Positions 1 through 7,997 of a stretch of DNA of 20,600 nt are shown here, in pieces. A program made the translations under genes and the position numbers. Source of the DNA: Steroidobacteraceae bacterium (GTDB lineage Bacteria > Pseudomonadota > Gammaproteobacteria > Steroidobacterales > Steroidobacteraceae); contig JBGAIL010000083.1 in assembly GCA_044225565.1 (NCBI GenBank), forward strand, positions 1 through 20,600. Reading direction: 5' to 3'. The notes under the pieces are model-generated. The model did no database searches and was not told the origin of the DNA. It worked only from the letters and a program-made list of their open reading frames with translations. Within the stretch, counting starts at the first letter, position 1, and each line of letters opens with the position of its first letter.

Positions 1-186
1 GACGGGCCCGGCGCTTCCCGCGAGATTGCAGCGGATCGGCGTTCGCCGCGACGTGCGGATGCAGGCCACTCGAACAGCAATCCGAACCTGGGCAGTTTCA
101 TGGGGATTTCCGGCTCACGACGGCATATGCCGCGCCGGCCACTGCGAGCGCGAGCAGGCTCACGCAAGCTCTTTCGCGCGCCGGCG

Positions 187-1453
187 TCACGGCCTGGCCA
201 CCAGCACCGCGAGCATGCCGGCGATGGCGGCATAGCTCGCCCAGGGGAAGAGCCACATGGTGAGCGCCGGCCGGGGTCGCCGGCGCGTTCGCGATCCTGG
301 CGCATGCGGATCTGCGCGAGCGCGACGATGATGTAGATGAACACCACCAGCGCCCCGATGGTGTTCACCAGGAATGCGAACACCTTGTCCGGCGAGACGA
401 TGGCCGCCAGCACGCTGAGCACGCCGGCGATCGCCGATGCCCACACCGAGCGCGCCGGCATCTTCCGCGCGTTCAGCTTCACCAGAGACTGCGGCGCATC
501 GCCTTTCTCGGCGAGCACCAGCAGCACGCGGGAGCACACGTAGAAGGCCGAATTCAGGCAGGACAGCACGGCCGTGAGGATGATGACGCTCATCGCCGTG
601 CTCGCCCAGCCGAATCCCATCTTGACGAGGGCAAGGGTGAACGGCGATTGAGCCGGCACCACATCCACCCACGGGACCACGCACACGATGAGCAGCACCG
701 AGAGCACGTAGAAGGTGAGGATGCGCACCACCACGGAAGTGGTCATTTTGGCGATGGCGCGTGCAGGCTCCGCAGATTCGGCCGCCGCGATGGTGACGAT
801 CTCCGCGCCGGTCAGCGAGAAGAACACCACCGTGGCTCCGCTCAGCACCGCGACGAACCCGTGCGGCATGAAGCCGCTGTGCGTGGTGAGGTTGGCGAAC
901 GTCGGCCCGCCAGGGGCGACTCCAGCCGAACGCGTAAGCCGCCGCGAGCACGATGAACACGATGATGGCCGCCACCTTGATGGACGCGAACCAGAACTCG
1001 AATTCGCCGTAGGAGCGCGCGGACATGAGGTTCACGGCGGTCATCACCGCCATGAGACCGAGCCCGATCTCCCACTGCTCCAGCATGGGCAGCCAGGGCT
1101 GCAGGATGTTCGCGCCGGCGATGGCCTCGATGGGCACGACGATCATCCAGAAATACCAGTACAGCCAGCCGGTGAGGAAAGCCGGCCCAGCGGCCGAGGC
1201 CGATGCGCGCGAACTCGGTGAACGCGCGCTGGCCGGGGTGCGCCATGGCCATCTCGCCGATCATGCGCATGACCAGCAGGATCAGCACGCCCGTGAGCGC
1301 GTAGCTCAGCACGATGGCCGGCCCGGTGGCCGCGATGGCCGCGCTGCTGCCGACGAAGAGACCGGCGCCGATGATGCCGCCGATCGAGATCATGGTGAGG
1401 TGCCGGGGCTTGAGGGCTCGACTGAGCTCCGGGGTCACGTCGGTGGCGGCCAT
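187..1453 (-). pseudogene. APC-superfamily amino-acid permease (GabP/ProY/AroP-like); reading frame broken at >=3 positions
   Basis: The N-terminal 95 aa of minus ORF 842..1453 (MISIGGIIGAGLFVGSSAAIAATGPAIVLSYALTG...) is a canonical APC permease start. Minus ORF 187..1146 supplies the next segment (...NLMSARSYGEFEFWFASIKV..., conserved EFEFWF motif) and the C-terminus (LTMWLFPWASYAAIAGMLAVLV). The central ~190 aa (PTFANLTTHSGFMPHGFVAVLSGATVVFFSLTGAEIV...CLNSAFYVCSRVLL...) is readable only in the third minus frame. Frame changes fall near 1177 (AAA/TTT homopolymer), ~890 and ~310. Confidence 0.8.
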
Positions 1454-1465
1454 GTGCCTTCTTTG

Positions 1466-2991
1466 TCAGTTGTGGGTCGGCATCGAGAACTCGGCAGCCG
1501 CCCCCGCGCCTTCCGGCCAGCGCTGGGTGACGGCCTTGAGGCGAGTATAGAAGCGAAACGCCTCGGCGCCATAGACGTGATGGTCGCCGAACATGGAGTT
1601 GCGCCAACCTCCGAAGCTGTGGAAGGCCACCGGCACCGGGATCGGCACGTTGACACCGACCATTCCCACCTCGATCTCGGACGCGAAACTGCGGGCCACC
1701 GCGCCGCTGCGCGTGAAGATGGCGGTGCCGTTCGCGAACTCGTGCGAATTCACCAGAGAGACCGCGGACTGGTAGTCCGGTACGCGCACCACGCACAGCA
1801 CCGGGCCAAAGATCTCTTCCTTGTAGATGCGCATCTGCGCCCGCACGCCGTCGAACAGCGAAGGGCCCAGGAAGAAGCCTCTGGATTTCGTGACGGCGTG
1901 CTCCCGGCCATCGACCACCAGCTTCGCGCCTTCCCTTACGCCGACGTCGATGTAGTCACGCACGCGCGCAAGGTGCGCTCCCGTGACGAGCGGCCCCATC
2001 TCCATACCAGACGCATCCGAAGCGCCCACTTTCAAATGCGCGATACGCCTGGTGAGCTTGTCGATGACCGCATCGCCCGTGGCATCACCGACGACCACGG
2101 CAACGGAGATCGCCATGCAGCGCTCGCCGGCCGAGCCGTATGCCGCGCCCGTGAGCGCTTCCACCGCTGCGTCGATATCCGCATCCGGCATGATGACCAT
2201 GTGGTTCTTGGCGCCACCGAGCGCCTGAACGCGCTTGTTGCCGCCGATGGCGCGCGTCTGCACATGGCGCGCGATCGGCGTCGAGCCCACGAAGCTGATC
2301 GCAGCGACTTTGGGATGGTCGAGCAGCGCATCCACCGCTTCCTTGTCGCCTTGCACCACGTTCAATGACCTTGGGCAGCCCGGCTCTGCGAGCAGCTTGC
2401 GCGAGCAGCAGGGAAGCGGAAGGATCGCGCTCCGAAGGCTTCAGCACGAACGTATTCCCGCAGGCGAGCGCGACGGGAATCATCCAGAGCGGCACCATCG
2501 CCGGAAAATTGAAGGGCGTGATGCCGGCCACCACGCCCAGCGGCTGGCGCAGGCTCACGGTGTCGATGCCGCGGCCGACGTTCTCGCTGAACTCGCCTTT
2601 GAGCAGTTGCGGAGCCGAGCAGGCGAACTCCACGACTTCGATGCCGCGCTTGACCTTCACCAGCCGCGTCATCGAGCGTCTTGCCGTGCTCATCTGAAAT
2701 GACGCGCGCGATGTCGCTCGGTACGTTCGTCCAGCAGCGCCTTGAAGCGGAACAGGATGCGGGCTCGCGCCAGCGCCGGAGTGGTCGCGGACCAGCCGGG
2801 TATGCGGACGCCGCGCTGGAAACCGCTCGATCCACGTCTGCTGCCCGGCGAGCCGGACTCGCGCGCGACCTTCCGAGCGAAGGGTTGAAGACAGGCGCGG
2901 TGCTGCCGATGCCCTGCACGCGCACGCCATCGATCCAGTGGCAGACCGCATCGGCGTGCGCCGCGACATTAGACTTCGCAACGGAGCTCAT
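1466..2991 (-). pseudogene. mmsA: CoA-acylating methylmalonate/malonate-semialdehyde dehydrogenase; frame broken at >=4 positions
   Basis: The protein has to be assembled from three minus frames. The N-terminus ([22 protein letters not shown]...VFNPSLG...[15 protein letters not shown]) is in ORF 2362..3030. The middle ([79 protein letters not shown]) is in ORF 2085..2981. The C-terminal half, with the catalytic GERCMAISV motif and the ...EFSMPTHN end, is in ORF 1466..2365. Hand translation also recovers [26 protein letters not shown] in a fourth local frame. Indels lie near 2793, 2718, 2660 and 2364. I set the start at the ATG at 2991 (AAAGG Shine-Dalgarno 8 nt upstream) rather than 3030, which would overlap the upstream gene. 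Confidence 0.8.
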
Positions 2992-3002
2992 GATCGGGCC
3001 TT

Positions 3003-4342
3003 TCAGTGAGTGGGAAGGCTGCGCAGGCAACGGCGCAGGGCTTCAGCCATGTCTTCGATCTGCGCCGGCGTCGAGATGAACGGCGGCGCGAGCGCAATGA
3101 TGTCACCGGTGAACCGCACCAGCAGACCGCCTTCGTCGAGCGCGCGCTCGAATAGTTTGAAGGCACGCTCACCGGGCTGACCAGCGATCGGTGCGAGCTC
3201 GATGGCGGCAGTGAGGCCGATGTTGCGGATGTCGGCGACGTGCGGCTCGCCGCGCAGACTGTGAACGGCTCTCTCGAGCACGGGAGCGAGTCGGCGGCGC
3301 GCTCGATCAACCCATCCTGCTCGAGCGCATCGAGCGAGGCATGTCCTGCGGCCACGGCCAGAGGGTGCCCCGAATACGTGTATCCGTGGAAGAGCTCGAT
3401 GGCGTGCGCCGGGCCGCTCATGAACGCCTCGTAGATCTCGGGCCGCACGATGACGCCGCCCATCGGCACGACTCCGTTGGTCACCGCCTTGGCGAAGGTG
3501 GTGAGATCCGCCGATACGCCGAAGTACTCGGAGCCGAAAGGCTTGCCCAGCCGCCCGAAGCCGGTGATCACCTCGTCGAAGATGAGCAGGATGCCGTGCT
3601 TCGTGCAGATCTCGCGCAGCCGTTCCAGATAGCCGCGTGGCGGGACGATGACGCCGGTGGAGCCCTGCATGGGCTCGACGATCACCGCCGCGATGGTCGA
3701 AGCGTCGTGCAGCGCGACGAGGCGCTCCAGCTCTTCCGCCAGGTGCGCGCCCCACTCGGGCTGGCCCTTGCTGTACGCCATGTCCTTCGGCGAATAGGTG
3801 TGCGGCAGATGGTCCACGCCGGACATCATGAGCGGAGCGAACGCCTTGCGATTCGGAGCGATGCCGCCCACCGAAATGCCGCCGAGCCCCACGCCGTGAT
3901 AGCCACGCTCGCGTCCGATGATGCGGAAACGCGAGGCCTCACCGCGCGCGCGGTGATAGGCGATGGCGACCTTGAGCGCGGTGTCGACCGCTTCCGAACC
4001 GGAGTTCACGAAGAACACGCGGCCGTCGGGAAGCTTCGCCATGCGGGCAATGCGCGCCGCCAGCGAGAACGCCGGCGGATGGCCCATCTGGAAGCTCGGG
4101 CTGAAATCGAGCGTCTCCACCTGCTCCTGCACCGCCTTCACGATACCGGGATGGGCATGGCCCATCGGGCAGCACCACAGGCCCGAAAGGCAGTCGAAGA
4201 CGTGGCGGCCGTCCGCCAGGTCGTAGTACGCCCCCTTGCCACCGACGATGAGGCGGGGGTGCTGCTTGAAGTAGCGGTTATGGGTGAACGGCATCCACCA
4301 GGACTCGAGCGAGCCGGCGGGATCTCGGGGTTGGGCTGACAT
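3003..4342 (-). pseudogene. Class-III PLP omega-aminotransferase (beta-alanine:pyruvate / omega-amino acid transaminase family); one frameshift near 3289
   Basis: ORF 2969..4372 carries the conserved N-terminus and core (SLESWWMPFTHNRYF..., GHAHPGIVKAV, DEVITGFGRLG, and the PLP lysine in TFAKAVTNGVVPMGGV) up to ...DGLIERAAD. The correct C-terminus (LAPVLERAVHSLRGEPHVADIRNIGLTAAIELAPIAG...PPFISTPAQIEDMAEALRRCL) is in the other minus frame, ORF 3003..3755. The start is probably at MSAQPRD (4342). Confidence 0.8.
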
Positions 4343-4452
4343 GGGCGGCACATTGGCACCCCCTTCAGGCATGAGCCAGACACGGGGGAGTGTGGAACGC
4401 CCTATACTGTGCAGGCTATTTCACCTGTACGGCCTGAAGCCAGGACAAGCGC

Positions 4453-5922
4453 ATGGGCTCCTCACGCAAGCCGACACCCGCCGTCCGAAAGAAGCTCACC
4501 CGGAACGGGGGCGCCCGTGCCGCCGCCGGGCGGAACGTCGTCGCGCGGATCAGCGACGAGCTGCGGGCGCGCATCCAGTCGGGCGACCTGCCGCCCGGCG
4601 CGGCGCTGCCCTCGGTGCGCCAGTTGGCGCGCGAGCGGGACATCAGCCCGTTCAGCGCCGCTGCCATTTACGACGGACTCGTTGCGACCGGCGTGGTCGA
4701 AGCGCGTGCGGGGCTCGGTTATTTCGTGCCGCACCGCCGGCCGCCGCGGCCTGTGACGGCGCCCGCCATCCAGTTCGCCGGCGATTCCATCTGGGAACGG
4801 CGGCGCGAAGCGCGCTCGGGATCCATCGCGGTGGATGCCGGTGCGGGCTGGCTTCCGGCCGACTGGCAGGACGTTGCGGGCGTCCGCGCAGCTTTGCGCT
4901 CGCTCGCAAGGGAATCCCGATTGCAGCTCGAAGGCTACGGCAATCCGCTCGGCCTCGGAGAGCTGCGCACGAGACTGGCGCAGGGCCTGCTCGCACGGGG
5001 AATCGAAGCTGGCGAAGACCAGGTGCTGATGACACAGGGAGCCAGCCAGGCGCTGGACCTCCTGATCCGCGAATGCCTCGCCCCCGGCGACGTCGTCATC
5101 GTGGAAGATCCGGGCTATCCGCCTACCTTCGATCTGCTGCGCCAGCGGGGCGTGAAACTGTTGTCGGTGCCGCGCACCGAGGCCGGGCCGGATGTCGACG
5201 TCCTCGCAAAGCTCCTCAACCGCAGGCGCGCACGCTGCCTGTTCGTGAACACCACATGCCACAACCCCACGGGCACCACGATGAGCTCCGCGGTCGCGCA
5301 CCGCGTGCTCGAGCTGGCCGGCCGGCACGATCTCCTGGTGGTCGAGGACGACATCTTCGCGGATCTCGTGCCGCAGGGGCCGGCCACGCTCGCGGGGCTC
5401 GACGAGCTGAAGCGGGTCATCTATCTCTCCAGTGCATCCAAGACGGTGTCCCCTGCCCTGCGCTGCGGCTACCTCGTGGCCGCTCCGAAAATGGTGCAGC
5501 GCCTGGCGCGTGCGAAGGCGACCAGCTCTCTGGGCTCCAGCGAGCTGCTGGAGCAGCTGCTGCTGCGAGTGCTCACGCATGGCCGCTATCGACGGCATCT
5601 GAAGGCGCTGCGCGCGCGGCTGGCGGCCGCGCATTTGAAAGTGGCCCGGGAGCTGCAGGCGCGCGGAGTGGAGCTTGCCTTCAGGCCGCAGACCGGGCTC
5701 TTTCTCTGGGCGCGGCTACCTTCGAGAGAGCCCGTGGGCAAGCTGTGGCAACAGGCACTGGATCACGACGTGCTGCTGGCGCCGGGGGAGATGTTCCAGC
5801 CCGACGGCAAGGCCTGCCCCTACTGGCGATTCAATGTGGCGCATTGCGATGCGCCGCAGCTGTACCGGTTTCTCGATTCGCTGCGAGGCGGTGTGTCAAC
5901 TCGCCAGGACGCCGGCCCGTAG
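4453..5922 (+). CDS. MocR/GabR-family transcriptional regulator (GntR wHTH plus fold-type-I aminotransferase domain), divergent from the aminotransferase operon
   Basis: An N-terminal GntR-type HTH (LPSVRQLARERDISPFSAAAIYDGLVATGVVEARAGLGYFV) is followed by an aminotransferase-like domain with the PLP-lysine motif SSASKTVSPALRCGYL. The ORF is an intact 489 aa, about 110 bp from and divergent to the aminotransferase start. Confidence 0.85.
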   Translation: MGSSRKPTPAVRKKLTRNGGARAAAGRNVVARISDELRARIQSGDLPPGAALPSVRQLARERDISPFSAAAIYDGLVATGVVEARAGLGYFVPHRRPPRPVTAPAIQFAGDSIWERRREARSGSIAVDAGAGWLPADWQDVAGVRAALRSLARESRLQLEGYGNPLGLGELRTRLAQGLLARGIEAGEDQVLMTQGASQALDLLIRECLAPGDVVIVEDPGYPPTFDLLRQRGVKLLSVPRTEAGPDVDVLAKLLNRRRARCLFVNTTCHNPTGTTMSSAVAHRVLELAGRHDLLVVEDDIFADLVPQGPATLAGLDELKRVIYLSSASKTVSPALRCGYLVAAPKMVQRLARAKATSSLGSSELLEQLLLRVLTHGRYRRHLKALRARLAAAHLKVARELQARGVELAFRPQTGLFLWARLPSREPVGKLWQQALDHDVLLAPGEMFQPDGKACPYWRFNVAHCDAPQLYRFLDSLRGGVSTRQDAGP

Positions 5923-5940
5923 CGTTCGGCGCCCGATGAG

Positions 5941-6186
5941 TCAGCGCACCCCTTTCAGCATCGCCGTGCGCAGGATCTCGTTCAGTCGCGTCTGATAAGC
6001 GCCGCCCTGGCTCTTCAGCCATTCGAGCACATCGGCGTCGATGCGCACGGTGAGCTGCCGTTTGACGGGGCGATAGAACTTTCCGCGCACCGCGCCCTGC
6101 CAATCGCGCGCGGAGCTCGCGGGCAGGTCGGAGAAATCGATGGCGCCATCGGGCCTGGCGGACAACTCGGCCAGCTCGCGGCGCAT
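5941..6186 (-). CDS. brnA: BrnA-family antitoxin (DUF4415, RHH-like)
   Basis: It carries the BrnA/DUF4415 signature (IDFSDLP...W..AVRGKFYRP.K.QLT.RIDADVLEWLKSQGGAYQTR.NEILR). The ATG at 6186 lies 4 nt after the brnT stop and has an AAGGA Shine-Dalgarno. The alternative upstream starts (6207, 6276) would overlap brnT. Confidence 0.7.
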   Translation of the reverse strand: MRRELAELSARPDGAIDFSDLPASSARDWQGAVRGKFYRPVKRQLTVRIDADVLEWLKSQGGAYQTRLNEILRTAMLKGVR

Positions 6187-6190
6187 TCCT

Positions 6191-6475
6191 TCAGGCACCC
6201 TGCTCATAGACTTTCCTTTCGGCCTTCGTCGCACGTCTCGCCGAGATGATGCGGATTTCCTCATGACCTTCCTCACCCTCCAGCTGCCATGTATGGGCCA
6301 CGAGCAACGCCGTTCGCGCGACGACGCCTATGGTTTGCCAGCGCTCCTCCGCATCTTCCACGCGTTCGAGTCGAGATACGTGCAGCGGATCTTCGAACAC
6401 GAGCCTCGCCACCCCGAAGGTGACGCCATGCTTGGCCAGATTCGCACGGCTCTTCGTCTCGTCCCATGAGAACAT
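6191..6475 (-). CDS. brnT: BrnT-family toxin (DUF497/COG2929 ribonuclease toxin)
   Basis: The 94-aa protein MFSWDETKSRANLAKHGVTFGVARLVFEDP...IRIISARRATKAERKVYE is a typical BrnT. It lies immediately upstream of brnA in the toxin-first arrangement. Local GC is about 58%, against about 68% in the flanks. Confidence 0.8.
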   Translation of the reverse strand: MFSWDETKSRANLAKHGVTFGVARLVFEDPLHVSRLERVEDAEERWQTIGVVARTALLVAHTWQLEGEEGHEEIRIISARRATKAERKVYEQGA

Positions 6476-6489
6476 CGCCAGCTCCGGAC

Positions 6490-6512
6490 TGTAGTTACAT
6501 CAATGTAGTTAC
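6490..6512. promoter_or_regulatory. Two direct TGTAGTTAC repeats in the brnTA promoter region (candidate TA autoregulatory operator)
   Basis: tgtagttacATCAAtgtagttac lies 15-37 nt upstream of the brnT start. It is a relatively AT-rich island in a GC-rich background. Confidence 0.35.
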
Positions 6513-6682
6513 GCAAGTGCCCCCGGTGTGTGCGCGGCAACAGTACGAGCGGCTGGCCGCCGGCGCCAACACGCAAAAGTGACGGAGTTATGCAGATTCG
6601 CGGCTTGACCGCACGATGGAGCCGACAACGGACGGGAGCGAAGAACTTGGAGGCCGCGCGCACCTGCGCTAGCCTCGCCCCG

Positions 6683-7195
6683 ATGATAGACACCCCCCGC
6701 CTCCATCTGCGCCCGCACCGCGCCGAAGACCTCGAGCCCTATCGGGTGATCTGGGCGCCCCCGCCCGAGCCCGGCAACCCCGCAGGCTTCGCGCTGAACG
6801 AAGAGGAAGCGTGGTATCGCCTGCTGCGCTTCGTGGGGCATTGGGCCCATTTCAATTACGGGCTATTCGTGGTCGAGCATCGCGAGACGGGACGGCTCAT
6901 CGGCGAGGCGGGCTACGCGCATTTCCACCGGGGCATCGGGCCACGATTCGACGATGCGCCCGAGGCCGCATGGCGCATCCTCCCGGAGTTTCGCGGCAGC
7001 GGCTTCGCCACGGAAGCGATGCGAGCCGCCTCGCAGTGGCTGGATCCCAAACGGGTCGCGCCCCGCACCGTGTGCATCATCGATCCGGCGAACGCGGCTT
7101 CGATCAAAGTCGCCGGACGCCTGGGCTTCCGCGAATACGGCCGCACACAATACAAACAAAGCCCCGTGATCCTGTTCGAGCGCGACAGCGCTTGA
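6683..7195 (+). CDS. GNAT-family N-acetyltransferase (RimJ/RimL-like, Acetyltransf_3)
   Basis: MIDTPRLHLRPHRAEDLEPY... and ...RILPEFRGSGFATEAMRAASQW match RimJ/RimL-type GNATs. The start is uncertain: track ORF 6530..7195 could start further upstream, but no candidate has a good Shine-Dalgarno. Confidence 0.65.
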   Translation: MIDTPRLHLRPHRAEDLEPYRVIWAPPPEPGNPAGFALNEEEAWYRLLRFVGHWAHFNYGLFVVEHRETGRLIGEAGYAHFHRGIGPRFDDAPEAAWRILPEFRGSGFATEAMRAASQWLDPKRVAPRTVCIIDPANAASIKVAGRLGFREYGRTQYKQSPVILFERDSA

Positions 7196-7219
7196 CAACT
7201 CGAGATCCGCGCGTAGACT
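7192..7219 (+). promoter_or_regulatory. Sigma70-like promoter candidate (TTGACA-N16-TAGACT) overlapping the GNAT stop codon
   Basis: TTGACA at 7192-7197 is followed by a 16-nt spacer and TAGACT at 7214-7219. No annotated gene follows. An intrinsic terminator lies about 180 nt downstream. Confidence 0.25.
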
Positions 7220-7398
7220 GCGCGCCCCTCATGAACCGCCAACTCAAAATCCGGCTCCCGCTCATGCCTCGCTCGCTGCGGTGCGGAGCGCCGCCGCCAG
7301 CGCCGCGAAACCGCGCGTGCGGCTTCGGAGACCATTTGACCGAATAGCCTGCCCTTCGAGGGTGGGCTGTTCATTGCAGCCCATCCGGACGAGCCCAC

Positions 7399-7440
7399 GA
7401 GGCCCCGGTCGGCGCTGCTGACCGGGGCCTCTTCGTTTTC
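7399..7440 (+). terminator. Rho-independent terminator (11-bp GC stem, 9-nt loop, T-rich tail) not attached to any called gene
   Basis: AGGCCCCGGTC-ggcgctgct-GACCGGGGCCT is followed by CTTCGTTTTCGG. The sequence is confirmed through overlapping track ORF 6913..7590. Confidence 0.55.
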
Positions 7441-7634
7441 GGCCTCCGGTCCGCGAAGACGGCGCGCCGCTCGAAGCGCGCGCCACGAAGAATTCGCCGC
7501 GGCGCGAAGGCGACGCGGCGTACAGAGGTCGGAGACGGAAGCCGTGTCAGCGGAGCGGGCTCTCGAGCCCCGCCTGGCGCGCTCGCGCATCGTTGCGCTT
7601 GCGTGTACCGCGCGGCGATCCAGTCACCAGCCAC

Positions 7635-7707
7635 CACAAGTTAGCTCAGTTGGTAGAGCAACGGCCTGTGAAGCCGGGAGTCGCGGGTTCGATTCCCGCA
7701 CTTGTCG
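7635..7707 (+). tRNA. tRNA-His(GUG)-like gene with a non-canonical acceptor stem
   Basis: The D-arm (GCTCAGTTGGTAGAGC), anticodon loop (CTGTGAA, anticodon GTG) and T-arm (GCGGGTTCGATTCCCGC) are canonical. The acceptor is 5' CACAAGT / 3' ACTTGTC, with a C1-C72 mismatch and G73. There is no encoded G-1/C73 pair and no CCA (3' trailer GCCCACC). The sequence is confirmed through overlapping track ORF 7624..7998. Confidence 0.6.
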
Positions 7708-7997
7708 CCCACCTTGTCCAAGGTGACTTGTGATGTCGAGCGGGGCCACGGCCCCACATCGAGGTGCCCCAGTGGCCTCGCCGCAGGATGCGGCGCGCAC
7801 CTGACGGTGCGGAGGCGAAGAAGCGCCAGGCCACGGCGCATGCACCGCCTTGAGTAGCCGGGGTGCGCGGCGCCCGGAAGCGTTCCACGCAGGGGCGGGA
7901 ACGTGCAGGCGTCGCGACCCCTGCGGCCCGTGGCGCAGGCGTGGGCGTCGCTTCGAAGTATTCGGTTTGTGTTTGGACGACGTGAAGGAGAAGAGCA

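Noticed and set aside
1-101. A possible 5'-truncated minus-strand ORF at the left edge (MKLPRFGLLFEWPASARRGERR...).
   Set aside because: It has only 33 codons, no convincing motif or signal peptide, and a weak Shine-Dalgarno. It cannot be supported from this window alone.
2992-3030. The track start of mmsA at 3030 (MPAQPSHSLKGPI...).
   Set aside because: It would overlap the aminotransferase 3' end by 28 nt. The conserved N-terminus begins at MSSVAKS (2991), which has an AAAGG Shine-Dalgarno.
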